Below, one piece after another: positions 36,520 through 46,233 of a DNA stretch of 64,000 nt. The position numbers and the translations under genes were made by a program. The DNA comes from Candidatus Dojkabacteria bacterium (lineage in GTDB: Bacteria; Patescibacteriota; Dojkabacteria; JAFGLO01), in NCBI GenBank assembly GCA_016927995.1, contig JAFGLO010000015.1, forward strand, positions 3,847-67,846, written 5' to 3'. The notes under the pieces were generated by a model. The model had not been told where the DNA came from, ran no database searches, and saw only the letters and a program-made list of their open reading frames with translations. Position 1 is the stretch's first letter. Each line of letters opens with the position of its first letter.

Positions 36520-39015
36520 TTAAACAGGAATTGATATTGGTGGTTCATCATTTTTGGGCTCGTTGCCGTTAGGCGTTTGATTACTACTAAGTGGTTGACT
36601 ACTACCGGTGCTACTTGTTGTGGTTGTTGTCAAGGTAGATGAAGTAACAGGTGGAGGAGTAATCATACCATCGGGTGGTAGGCCGGATACCGGAGTAGTA
36701 TTACTTTGCTTAGGTGTTTGTGAGCTTAATGTGGTTGGTGTTCCCGTTGTCGGTTGCGTTGTTGTAGCTGTACTTGTAGTGGTTATTGTTGCGGGTTCAC
36801 TGCTTTGGTAAAAGCCTGAAGGTGACGAAATCGTGGCAACGTTATTAGGTTCTTGATATATGTATGTAGATGTCTTAGTTGGTGGGCTGGAAGATTGGCT
36901 AGTTAGGGAACTTGTAGATTGAGTTGTTGGTGGATTTATGGGTTGATAAGTTGTTGTGGATATGTACTTAGTGGTTTTATCTCTTCCAAAAAGAAATGGT
37001 AAGAAGAGTAAGCCTAGAAGTAGGAATGCAATACCAATCGCAATTATTATAAGAAGATTTTTGGGAAACTCGATCCCAAATAGTGTTATTGTGTCACTAC
37101 TTGTCTCTTTCTCACTTTCGGTTGTTGTTGCAAGTTTTATGCTAAAGTTCCAATTTTTCTCTGCCTTTTCTGTTTTATCATTTTCAAAAGAAACTTTCAC
37201 CGAGTGCTGTCCCTCTGTAAGGTTCTTGGCAACATATGTAAATGAGGCCTTTTGGTCAGTACGTTGGTTCAATATTATTAGATCGGATATATCTTTATCA
37301 TCCAAAAGCACAACAAGAGAATCTCTGTCAATTATATTGTTGTTTCCTGCATTTAAGTCAGCCTGGAGTGTTACTTCAGTTTTGACAATAGTTGATCCGT
37401 TTAGTGGAATAATATTTGTGATTTCGGGAGGGAAATACGTATTTTCCGGGTTTGTCACAGTGTTTCCTTCTACGGGAGGGGTATTATCTTCCGGTGGTTG
37501 GCTGGGGTTTATTGCGCCTGTGCCTCCACCCTGTGAAACGTTGGTAACACTAATTTGTGGAGTAACCAAATAGCCAATTCCTGCAGGGACCTGGTCATCC
37601 GTAGCCTGAACAATAACATAGTAGGTTCCTGTAGGAAGGTTAGGGGTCCAGTTATATTCTACAAAGTTGTGGTTAAGATCGACTATTTTTACCCAAGTTG
37701 ATGAGTTGGCCGGATTGGTTGTGTAATATAATGAATATCTAATTATCTGGTTTCGATCATTTGTTCCCGTCCAGTTTATTCTTAGTGTTTGTGTACTTGT
37801 CATTACTACGGGGGACGTTGGGGAGGCTATAACAACAACTGGCGTATCGTTACCTTCGGTTCGTTGAACAATAACGGGCCATACTCGTGTTACATAGTGA
37901 ATAGGATAACCGTCATTACAGGTAATTGTAATCATGTAAGAGCCTTCTTCGTTTGTTGAGCCTGTAAGCGAAATTGCAATTTGAGATCCGTTTGAGCTTG
38001 GAGTTTCGGTGATAGTTACCCATTTTCTACCGCTTGATCCCTCGGGTGCTATTGCAGTACAGCTTATTACATCACCATCGGGGTCGGCAACATTCAATGT
38101 AAATTGATAGGTCTGACCTTGATTTATAATGTTCGCATTGTTTGCGGTAGGATTGTTTTGGAATACAGGCGCACTGTTTCCTGCCGGAGTTAAAACAATT
38201 GTTCCACCGGATGCATGTACCGGTCGGACGATAAAATTAATAATGTTGTCGATTAGACTTTCTTCTCCATTCGCCGTTACTACTGTAAGATCAACGCTGT
38301 AAACATTTTGAATTGTTGGAGTAAAGGTGAAGGGCGGTTCACTGTTTTCGTCGATTAGTACAAGCGTTTGCGGATTAGTAAATTCCCAGGTTAATGTGTC
38401 AATAAGCTCGTTTTCTGCAAATATTTCTGCAGTAACCTTAGTTACTCCGGTTGTGGATTCAATTGTTGCGCTAAAGGTTACGGGATATCCTAGAATAATA
38501 TTGCCCGACGAAGGTGTAACGGAAAAATTCTTAACGACAAACCCCTCGCGAGTTGATACGGAAATCATTGTTTCATATACGACATAGTCAATACCATCGG
38601 TGACATATATTTTAATAGGATTTTCGGCTGCTGCATCTAATGGAACATCCCATGATATATCGCCGGTTTCACGGTTAAGTTGTAAACCGGCAGGGTATAC
38701 TGGTTGAACGTTCTCACATTCTTCATGAGTTCGGACAACACCTTTTGAATCTGTTACCTCCGCAGGACAGTTTAATAGGTAGATTAATACGTCTTGGTCT
38801 TTGTCGGTTGCAATAATTTTACTTGCATATAATTCTCCGGCGTATGCGTTTGTTTCAGGCTTTTCTGACACGGCCGGAAAGTTGTTTACGACTTGGTCTC
38901 CGGCATAGTTTCGATATTTAATTAAGTCCCTAACTTCAAATGCAATTATAGGTAACATAATAAATGCAAGAAGAACAATAGCGGCATTTATTCGTTTTTT
39001 TGTAGGTTTATCCAT
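36520..39015 (-). CDS. Large surface protein with an N-terminal signal/anchor, multiple Ig-like beta-sandwich regions, a TM helix and a Ser/Thr/Pro-rich C-terminal tail
   Basis: The N-terminus has MDKPTKKRINAAIVLLAFIMLPIIAF. The TM is LLIIIAIGIAFLLLGLLFLPFLF. It is followed by a TTTT/SSS/PP-rich tail. The protein has many N-x-T/S sites. Confidence 0.6.
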   Translation of the reverse strand: MDKPTKKRINAAIVLLAFIMLPIIAFEVRDLIKYRNYAGDQVVNNFPAVSEKPETNAYAGELYASKIIATDKDQDVLIYLLNCPAEVTDSKGVVRTHEECENVQPVYPAGLQLNRETGDISWDVPLDAAAENPIKIYVTDGIDYVVYETMISVSTREGFVVKNFSVTPSSGNIILGYPVTFSATIESTTGVTKVTAEIFAENELIDTLTWEFTNPQTLVLIDENSEPPFTFTPTIQNVYSVDLTVVTANGEESLIDNIINFIVRPVHASGGTIVLTPAGNSAPVFQNNPTANNANIINQGQTYQFTLNVADPDGDVISCTAIAPEGSSGRKWVTITETPSSNGSQIAISLTGSTNEEGSYMITITCNDGYPIHYVTRVWPVIVQRTEGNDTPVVVIASPTSPVVMTSTQTLRINWTGTNDRNQIIRYSLYYTTNPANSSTWVKIVDLNHNFVEYNWTPNLPTGTYYVIVQATDDQVPAGIGYLVTPQISVTNVSQGGGTGAINPSQPPEDNTPPVEGNTVTNPENTYFPPEITNIIPLNGSTIVKTEVTLQADLNAGNNNIIDRDSLVVLLDDKDISDLIILNQRTDQKASFTYVAKNLTEGQHSVKVSFENDKTEKAEKNWNFSIKLATTTESEKETSSDTITLFGIEFPKNLLIIIAIGIAFLLLGLLFLPFLFGRDKTTKYISTTTYQPINPPTTQSTSSLTSQSSSPPTKTSTYIYQEPNNVATISSPSGFYQSSEPATITTTSTATTTQPTTGTPTTLSSQTPKQSNTTPVSGLPPDGMITPPPVTSSTLTTTTTSSTGSSQPLSSNQTPNGNEPKNDEPPISIPV

Positions 39016-39042
39016 ATGCGTTAGAATAAAGAGTAATTTTAT

Positions 39043-40356
39043 TTATTTTTTATAGCTTTCAAGAATTTCGTTTAATGTTTTCTCTTGATTATTGAGAATT
39101 CCAGTATTTATTGAACCTGAGCTTATCATGCCATCGATAATTGGATAAAATACTTCTTGAAAACTGGTTTTATCTATTGGCATCTGGGTAAGGTATGGGG
39201 CAATTTCTATTATTGTGTCGACATAAGGTGCCGTGCTTATCTCGGAAGCCATTGAAGGTCTTCCATACGGTTCACCAAACGCACGAATTTTCGAGGCGTT
39301 AGAATACATACTCCTAAGCTGTTCAGCCTCCGAAAGATATTTAATAAAATCCCAAGCAATCTCAGGATGATCACATTGTGCTGAAACTGCTTCGCCCCAA
39401 TATGAACCAAGATCGATAGGGACTTGATTTGCCGGGAGTTGTGGCACCGGGGCTATATCGAAATTAATTTCAGGGTTTGCATTGATAATGTCGAATACAC
39501 GCCAACTTGGGGCAAACATCATTGCAAGCTTACCTGAATGGAACATAACAAGATCATTGCTTAATGCGTCGTTCCAGACATTGTGAGTTTTAACGAAGCC
39601 TGTGTAAAATGATAGTGATTCTTTTACTTTCTGATTACTAAGTGAGGCTTTGCCATCTTGTGCAATTATGTTGGCACTGTTTTGCAAAAGCAGAAGCGCT
39701 ATTATTTCGTCGGCATGATTAATATTATTTGCGGTACCAATTGCCGCACCGGCTTGTGTAATCGTGGTTCCACTTCTTTTGGTAAGTTTAATTGACATTT
39801 CTAGAAATTCATCCCAGTCTGTTGGGGGAGAGGTAAACCCCGCCTGCGCTAGCAAGTCCTTGTTGTAGTAAAGTACCAGCCCGTCAACCTCAAGAGGAAT
39901 TGCATAAATTGCATTATCCGATCCGGTGAAACTCTTGACTGCAGTGTTATAAAAATTCTGAGAATACTCTGAAGTACTCATTATTTTTGATGGAAGTGGG
40001 GTAAGGTGTTTTTGTAACACCGGTAGCCATGTATTATGGATTCGAACAATATCTGGACCTGCCTCTTCGGAAAGCCTGTATGGAAGACTTGCTTCATATT
40101 GACTAAATGATTTTTGTACGTAGATAATTTTTACGTTTTGGTGTTTGGCTTCGTAGGCCGCAATAACATCTTCCATAACGCTATTAGGTTCCCATAGTCC
40201 CCAATAGACAATTTCTATTTTTTCTGTAGTTGGATCACCTGAAGGGTTCTTGAAAAACAAAAAATAAACGACAACTCCTATAATGGCAAGAATCAAAACG
40301 ACAAGGAGGATTAGAAGTACTTTACGACCTTTACTCACTTTGTAAGAAGAAACCAT
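39043..40356 (-). CDS. ABC transporter extracellular solute-binding protein (family 1, sugar-type)
   Basis: N-terminal anchor, then ..KIEIVYWGLWEPNSVMEDVIAAYEAKHQNVKI.. and the overall SBP_bac_1-like pattern. Confidence 0.55.
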   Translation of the reverse strand: MVSSYKVSKGRKVLLILLVVLILAIIGVVVYFLFFKNPSGDPTTEKIEIVYWGLWEPNSVMEDVIAAYEAKHQNVKIIYVQKSFSQYEASLPYRLSEEAGPDIVRIHNTWLPVLQKHLTPLPSKIMSTSEYSQNFYNTAVKSFTGSDNAIYAIPLEVDGLVLYYNKDLLAQAGFTSPPTDWDEFLEMSIKLTKRSGTTITQAGAAIGTANNINHADEIIALLLLQNSANIIAQDGKASLSNQKVKESLSFYTGFVKTHNVWNDALSNDLVMFHSGKLAMMFAPSWRVFDIINANPEINFDIAPVPQLPANQVPIDLGSYWGEAVSAQCDHPEIAWDFIKYLSEAEQLRSMYSNASKIRAFGEPYGRPSMASEISTAPYVDTIIEIAPYLTQMPIDKTSFQEVFYPIIDGMISSGSINTGILNNQEKTLNEILESYKK

Positions 40357-40374
40357 TTTATATAGCCAATTGTA

Positions 40375-41136
40375 TCACAGTTCCAGGCGTTCTGCGATAA
40401 TTATAAGTCTGTGGGTTCCAACTCCAAGTGGCCAACAAGTCATAAGTGTTACAATTTCTTTGCCTTCAATTCCTGACAACATGGTTAGATCTTCAGGGGA
40501 TGTGATTTTTACCATTATAGTCTTATACTCTAGGGTTTTACCGTCACGGACTACCTGAACGGTATCTCCGATATCAATATCTTTTAGTCTTGTAAAAATA
40601 GTTTCGGGAAGGTTCGGATATTTGTTAAATACATTATCTGTTGTGCTGTGCCCATATATAAATGAGTTACCACCGTCACCGGGGAGTGGAGTATACTTAA
40701 AATGAGCAACCCCTTGTTTAAGGGCTGTTTCATACCGGTTTTTGTCGGAACTATCAACGTTTGAGGTTATTTTAATATTTGAGATTCCAACTGCGTCTAT
40801 GGTTATTGTAAGTGGGGAGGTGTACGTTGTATTCACAACTATCTTTGAATTTTGTTCGGACTGCTCAGCGAGTGGTGAATTAACTACAATATTTTCAAAA
40901 TAGCTTGCGCCCGGATCGTAGTATTCAATTTCGGTGATACTTGGCTCTACCGGTTTATAAAAAATATCTTTAAGGTAAGGTGCGACGTATTGAAGCCCAA
41001 TTGGTAAGAACATTACAGCAAAAATCCCAAGGGATATTAAAAATGAGAAGGTGCCTAAAACCTTTGAGAAATTGATCTTGTGTTCGTTTGTTTTTGAGGC
41101 TTCTTTATATTTTACCTTTACTTTTACCATAGTCAT
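40375..41136 (-). CDS. Sortase family transpeptidase
   Basis: N-terminal TM anchor. Catalytic His is in ..SFIYGHSTTD.., Cys in ..VTLMTCWP.. (TLxTC), and a conserved Arg in ..HRLIIIAER. Confidence 0.7.
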   Translation of the reverse strand: MTMVKVKVKYKEASKTNEHKINFSKVLGTFSFLISLGIFAVMFLPIGLQYVAPYLKDIFYKPVEPSITEIEYYDPGASYFENIVVNSPLAEQSEQNSKIVVNTTYTSPLTITIDAVGISNIKITSNVDSSDKNRYETALKQGVAHFKYTPLPGDGGNSFIYGHSTTDNVFNKYPNLPETIFTRLKDIDIGDTVQVVRDGKTLEYKTIMVKITSPEDLTMLSGIEGKEIVTLMTCWPLGVGTHRLIIIAERLEL

Positions 41137-41225
41137 TTATATTTTAGTGGTGTTTGATTGTCAACAACTTAATAAGTATAATCGGTGCGTGTTACAAAGG
41201 TTATAACTTTGGGTTTTTTAAAAAA

Positions 41226-42326
41226 ATGAAGCGTGATTATTATGAAATTCTTAATGTAGACAAGGAAGCAACCGAGGCGGATATCAAGAAAGCATACAGG
41301 AAACTTGTAAAAAAGTGGCATCCGGATGTTAATAAGGCTGCCGATGCCGAGGAAAAATTTAAAGAGGTTCAGGAAGCCTATGAGGTATTGTCTGACAGTA
41401 GGAAGCGTGAACAGTACGACTCTTTTGGGCATTCTGGCGTGGGTGATGGTATGAACTTCAACGAAGGTTATTACGATATGGGTAGTATGAGTGGGATGGG
41501 AGGAATGGAAGATATTTTAAACCAGTTTTTTGGTGGAAGTGGATTTTCGTTTGGGTCAATGTTTGGCGGTGACGGGTTCGGAACCGGAAGTGCAAGTGCT
41601 AGAGCCGAGCGCAGTAGGTTTAGTCCCGACGATATTCACGTTAACGCAACGCTTTCGTTAGAGGAAGCCAACGAAGGATTAACTCGCGAGATTGAATTTG
41701 AATTTAAAGGTGTTTGTAACAGCTGTAAAGGAACGGGTGCAAAGAATGAGGAGTTTACCTCCTGTAAAGAGTGTAATGGTAAGGGTGTTGTAAGGTCGGT
41801 TCAACAATCGTTCTTTGGACAAATGGTAGTGCAGCGGGCCTGTGCAGTTTGTGGGGGCAGTGGTAGCATTCCCAAGGCTGTTTGTTCGGAGTGTAACGGC
41901 AAAGGTTGGATTCCGCAGAAGGAAAAATTAAAGATTAAAATTCCCGTTGGTGCGTATGACGGGCTTGTGCTTAGGTTTAGAGGGGATAATAGAGGCGATC
42001 TTTATGTACACGTGAAAGTTAAGTCACACAATGTTTTTACAAGGGATGGTAACGATGTTTTTATTGACATAGATGTTCCTTTGGTTACAGCGGTACTTGG
42101 CGGCGAGATTTTAATTCCTACCCTTTATGGTGATGTTCGACTTAAGATTCCCGCAGGTACGCAGCCTAACGATATTATAAAGGTAAAACAGTATGGTACT
42201 TACATTGTAGGTAACAGTTCACAAAAAGGTGATTTGTATGTAAACTGTAGTATAACTATTCCGAAAAAACTTTCCCCAGAGGAAAAGGAGATTTGGGAAA
42301 AACTTAGTACAGTTAAAGGTAAATGA
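41226..42326 (+). CDS. dnaJ: Chaperone DnaJ
   Basis: J-domain ([27 protein letters not shown]), a G/F-rich region, four CxxCxGxG zinc-finger repeats and a C-terminal domain. Confidence 0.9.
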   Translation: MKRDYYEILNVDKEATEADIKKAYRKLVKKWHPDVNKAADAEEKFKEVQEAYEVLSDSRKREQYDSFGHSGVGDGMNFNEGYYDMGSMSGMGGMEDILNQFFGGSGFSFGSMFGGDGFGTGSASARAERSRFSPDDIHVNATLSLEEANEGLTREIEFEFKGVCNSCKGTGAKNEEFTSCKECNGKGVVRSVQQSFFGQMVVQRACAVCGGSGSIPKAVCSECNGKGWIPQKEKLKIKIPVGAYDGLVLRFRGDNRGDLYVHVKVKSHNVFTRDGNDVFIDIDVPLVTAVLGGEILIPTLYGDVRLKIPAGTQPNDIIKVKQYGTYIVGNSSQKGDLYVNCSITIPKKLSPEEKEIWEKLSTVKGK

Positions 42327-42730
42327 CTCTAAACAGTCGAGTTAGAACAATTATCTTCTATATTTTCATGGTTTGTGGGGTTACTGCATTGGGACTTATT
42401 ATTTATGTCAAAGCTTTGCATAAAGAGTCAAATGTTAAAGGAAAAACTGTTTCGAAAACAAATCCGGTGGAGGCTAACGTTACAATGGTTGGGGGAAATT
42501 GTTTTTTGGCATATTGGGAAACAGAAGAAGAGTCAATTGGATACGTAAAATATGGATCTTCCCCCGATACTATTAATCTTGTCGGGAAAAACAAAGAGGG
42601 GTTTATTTACTCAACCCGTCACGAAATTAAAGTTTGTGACCTTACCGAGCCTGAATATTACGTTATTATCGTCTCCGACGGGGTCCCTTATGGGCTTAAT
42701 GGGGTACCAATTAAGGTTCAACGAGAGTAG
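42323..42730 (+). CDS. Hypothetical membrane-anchored protein (135 aa)
   Basis: The ORF overlaps the dnaJ stop. N-terminal TM ([20 protein letters not shown]). Confidence 0.4.
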   Translation: MTLNSRVRTIIFYIFMVCGVTALGLIIYVKALHKESNVKGKTVSKTNPVEANVTMVGGNCFLAYWETEEESIGYVKYGSSPDTINLVGKNKEGFIYSTRHEIKVCDLTEPEYYVIIVSDGVPYGLNGVPIKVQRE

Positions 42731-43013
42731 GGACAGGTCTAGACCGACACCCCTTTTGCAAACGACTAGCTGGTGGTGCTTTCCGAGAAGTAGTGTGCGG
42801 GTGTGTGCATAGTCGAATTAAAATTGCAGGTAGCCCTTGAATGTAAGGGTTGGAGTCAGATTGTTACAATAAATAGCCTTAGAATGTCTCCACAACTTAT
42901 TATACTTGCGGATTATTGGGGATAATACGTTAAATCCTAGACCATCACAAGGGCATACGTAAACGATGATGCACACAGTGATACAACGGGCCATGTCGGT
43001 CTAGACCTGTCCC
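42730..43013. repeat. 20-bp perfect inverted repeat (GGGACAGGTCTAGACCGACA / TGTCGGTCTAGACCTGTCCC) enclosing ~244 nt of non-coding sequence between convergent genes
   Basis: Left arm 42730-42749 and right arm 42994-43013 are exact reverse complements. Each arm contains the palindrome GGTCTAGACC. Confidence 0.9.
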
Positions 43014-43031
43014 TACGTCAGGAAATAATTT

Positions 43032-45275
43032 TTATTTGTTTTTTACCTTTCTAACGACGCTTTCCTCAAAATGCTTCTTAGGCTTTGTATACTTTAGGAC
43101 AAGCAAACTTTCCGAACTATCGCCAACACCCGTAAACTTCAGCTTTGGAAGCTTAACAAACCATTCACCCTTGTAAAGCACTATTGCAATACCTAGTAGT
43201 GTCAAAGGAATTATTATTGCTATTGGCATGTCAAGAATTCCTGTGTCCGGACTGCAGGTTTGTTCGACAGGGAATGCATATTCGTCGTATCCTGGGTTGC
43301 CGTCTTCTATCTCTATGGTTATTTCGTTTACATTTTGACCGGTTACGGCCGCAGTTGTTGCTAATGCCGTAAATGTAATCGTTACATCGGCTCCTGATAC
43401 CGGCGTTATTGTCCAGTTTCCGGTCCATACCAGTGTTGTTACTCCGTTTTGAGTTGTAATGGTTGGTTCGACAGCTGTTGCCGTTCCTGAACCTATTCGT
43501 ATTCTTGCCGAATTTGCTTGATATGTGAACCCTGGTGGTAATATGTCGGTTATTCTTGTTATTACTTCTGTTGTTTGAACGTTTCCAGTTACTGTAAATG
43601 CTGCGACATTATTGGGTGGGACTCGTTCTACACAAATAGGGCCTGTTTTTTCAACAGCCATTTCGCCTGGGGCACGTAAGGTTGCATTTACTTGACATGC
43701 TGTTGAGGTTACGGGATCAGCTATTCCCGCAAATCTAATATCAACTCTTACGGAACAAAGATCGCCGTCATCGGCCCCTGCGGGCGGGGTAAAGACAAAT
43801 CCTCTGTTATCGGTTGTTGCCGTTGAATTATAGGTATGAATTTCACTTGCCGAAATTGTTCCGTCACAGTTTTGGTCGACTCTCCAGATGTATTGTTGTA
43901 CTGCGGCTGTTCCGCCTGCAGTTACGGTAAAGTTTCGAAGAGTTCCGGTTGAGTTTGTTAACACTATTGTGTCATTTGGAAGGACGGATACACAAACTCC
44001 ATCAGTAAGTACTTGAGTTCGACTTGCGGAAAGTGTGCTGTTACATATATCGGCGCCATAGAACGAACCACTTATTTCCGTTCTTCCGTAAACCGTACAA
44101 GTGTCACTTTGGACACCACTTGCAAGAGTCATTGTAACATTTACTGCAGGATTTCCATCAAAGTAACGCCTTACTCCCTGTGCAGTTGTTTGTCCACCTA
44201 CTGATAGAGTAGTAGATGAATTTCCACAGTTAACCGTATACTCTACTCTTGTTATGTTGCCATTTCCTCCGGTTAGGGTATAACTTCGGGCTGCAGTTCC
44301 TGCAGGCAGACCGGATACAGAGGTTGGTGTAATACCGGCACAGTATGGAGTTTCAGTTATGGTCCCGCCACGTTTACACCATTTGTATACCCAGCTTGGA
44401 TTGTTACAGGTTCCGCAAAGAGTTTTACATCCATTACCAAAAACAGAACAACCTGTTTTACTAGTTGAATCACCTGTTATCCCACAGTCGTCATAGCCTA
44501 CAGGACAGGTTGGTAGGGTGCAACCGTCAGCATAAGGACCTGTATTTGATAATGAAGAACAACCACCAGGCCAAGTGCTTTGAGTTTGCCAATTTACACA
44601 TATACACCCGCTAGCGCCGTTACACTGGGAGATCGATGAAGAACAACAGTAGGTTGCTTCCGGATAAGTACATCTTATGGTATCTGGTTGGTCACATCCC
44701 CAGCCGTTACTTGCATTTCCACCTCCAAGACATGCAGTTCCTTGTCCCGTAGATGTACATGCACTACAAGAACCACCACAGTCTACTCCCGTTTCGTCTC
44801 CATCTAGAACGCCGTTCGAACAGTGGTCAGCAGCTCCACATACATTACAATGTGCGCCACCGCAGTCTACACCCGTTTCATCTTGATCTTGAATGCCATT
44901 ACTACAATGTGCCGCCGGTGGAGTTGCCGTACATCTCGGGTCATTGGCGCTTACCACTGTTGCACTGTCTTCTGTGGACCAGCATGTACCAGCTGTTCCT
45001 CCGCTACAACCTCTTTGCCATCTAACCCAATCTGATCCTTTACAGCCCTCTTCGTTATCGTCGATACAGTTGTTTCCGTCACCAACACCGCCCCAATTTA
45101 CACACTCTGTCCAACAGTCACACGACCAATCAGCTCTGCCAGTATCACTACCAACATTAAGTTTCCACAAAAGGTAGCCACCGGCGCCGGCAGTAATAAC
45201 CGTTAACACTGTGAAAATAATTAGAATGGTTTTGGTTTTCTTTTTCTTCGTGCTTTCGATGACTTGAGTGCTCAT
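43032..45275 (-). CDS. Cys-rich surface protein with an N-terminal TM anchor, repeated HCSNGxxDxDETGVDCGGxxCxxC modules, beta-sandwich repeats and a C-terminal hydrophobic segment
   Basis: 747 aa. The N-terminus is ..ILIIFTVLTVITAGAGGYLLW. The repeated modules are ..HCSNGIQDQDETGVDCGGAHCNVCGAADHCSNGVLDGDETGVDCGGSCSAC.. The C-terminal TM is MPIAIIIPLTLLGIAIVLY. Confidence 0.65.
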   Translation of the reverse strand: MSTQVIESTKKKKTKTILIIFTVLTVITAGAGGYLLWKLNVGSDTGRADWSCDCWTECVNWGGVGDGNNCIDDNEEGCKGSDWVRWQRGCSGGTAGTCWSTEDSATVVSANDPRCTATPPAAHCSNGIQDQDETGVDCGGAHCNVCGAADHCSNGVLDGDETGVDCGGSCSACTSTGQGTACLGGGNASNGWGCDQPDTIRCTYPEATYCCSSSISQCNGASGCICVNWQTQSTWPGGCSSLSNTGPYADGCTLPTCPVGYDDCGITGDSTSKTGCSVFGNGCKTLCGTCNNPSWVYKWCKRGGTITETPYCAGITPTSVSGLPAGTAARSYTLTGGNGNITRVEYTVNCGNSSTTLSVGGQTTAQGVRRYFDGNPAVNVTMTLASGVQSDTCTVYGRTEISGSFYGADICNSTLSASRTQVLTDGVCVSVLPNDTIVLTNSTGTLRNFTVTAGGTAAVQQYIWRVDQNCDGTISASEIHTYNSTATTDNRGFVFTPPAGADDGDLCSVRVDIRFAGIADPVTSTACQVNATLRAPGEMAVEKTGPICVERVPPNNVAAFTVTGNVQTTEVITRITDILPPGFTYQANSARIRIGSGTATAVEPTITTQNGVTTLVWTGNWTITPVSGADVTITFTALATTAAVTGQNVNEITIEIEDGNPGYDEYAFPVEQTCSPDTGILDMPIAIIIPLTLLGIAIVLYKGEWFVKLPKLKFTGVGDSSESLLVLKYTKPKKHFEESVVRKVKNK

Positions 45276-45309
45276 AATACAATATAAAGGCAGAACTTAA
45301 TGGTAAACT

Positions 45310-46233
45310 CTACAATATTTTTATTAATATGGCAAGCGCTGTTTCGGGATCAATTAATGATCTTTTAACTTGGAAGTCGATATTTAGCAATTTTTCGAAG
45401 ATTTTTGTAATTCTGCTAATAGGAATTTGCGATCTTTGAAGGTTCGAAATAACAAATGGATGAATTTTTGTTTCAGCTGCAATTTCTTTTCCGGATTTTC
45501 CGGCAGTCTGCATAATTTTTACTGTATATAAAAGTCTGTATTCTCTTGCAATCATATTAAAAATAAACATAGGGTCAACCTTTGTATCAATAAGATTTTT
45601 AAAGGAGCGCATGGCTCTTGATCGGTTTGAGTCTTCAATGTCGCGAATAAGATTCCAAATTTCATATGAGTGGTGCTTGCTTGCAAAAGTCTCGATATCT
45701 TCCTGACTTAAGCTTTTACCGCTTGGTAAAAGACTAAGCTTCTCAATTTCACGTTGAATAAGAGCAGGGTCGGCACCCTGACTTTCAATAAGTTTTTCGG
45801 TTGCATACAAGTCCAGTTTAACACCTTCCTTTTGTGCAATGGCATTAACCCAGCCGTTAAGGTCACGTTTGCTTGGTTCTTCAACCCTTGTAAATTTGCC
45901 ATTTTCGGAAAGCTCTTTGTAGACTTTTGTATTTTTGGGAATACACTGATTACTCCAAATAAATATATCTTTGGGGCTTTTTAAAATGCTTTCGATAAGT
46001 GTTACGAGATCATCCTTTTTTACACCCAGAATCCTTTTAATAACAAGAAGCTCCTTTTTAGAAAAAAGTGAGCTCTCAAAAAGAGAGTCGATTAAATTAT
46101 TAATGTCGTCAATTTCACTGCAATCAAAGACTCTGCATAGAACGCCGGGGTTTTTCTCCTTATAACTCGAAATCATCTCATCCAATTTCGCAATACTTAA
46201 ACCCTCGTTTGTTCCATCAATAGTTATGATCAT
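45310..46233 (-). CDS. holA: DNA polymerase III delta subunit (HolA-like)
   Basis: Length and pattern (..SLFSKKELLVIKRILGVKKDD..; C-terminal ..YEIWNLIRDIEDSNRSRAMRSFKNLI..MIAREYRLLYTVK) resemble HolA domains I-III. The call is by pattern only. Confidence 0.55.
   Translation of the reverse strand: MIITIDGTNEGLSIAKLDEMISSYKEKNPGVLCRVFDCSEIDDINNLIDSLFESSLFSKKELLVIKRILGVKKDDLVTLIESILKSPKDIFIWSNQCIPKNTKVYKELSENGKFTRVEEPSKRDLNGWVNAIAQKEGVKLDLYATEKLIESQGADPALIQREIEKLSLLPSGKSLSQEDIETFASKHHSYEIWNLIRDIEDSNRSRAMRSFKNLIDTKVDPMFIFNMIAREYRLLYTVKIMQTAGKSGKEIAAETKIHPFVISNLQRSQIPISRITKIFEKLLNIDFQVKRSLIDPETALAILIKIL

Noticed and set aside
42750-42993. RNase P RNA, tmRNA or SRP RNA inside the 20-bp inverted-repeat element
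   Set aside because: None of the universally conserved motifs could be found on either strand (RNase P GGAAAGUCCGG / ACAGAAACCCGGCUUA, SRP domain IV GGAAGGAAGCAGCC, tmRNA tRNA-like ends with CCA). It is left as an unclassified inverted-repeat element.
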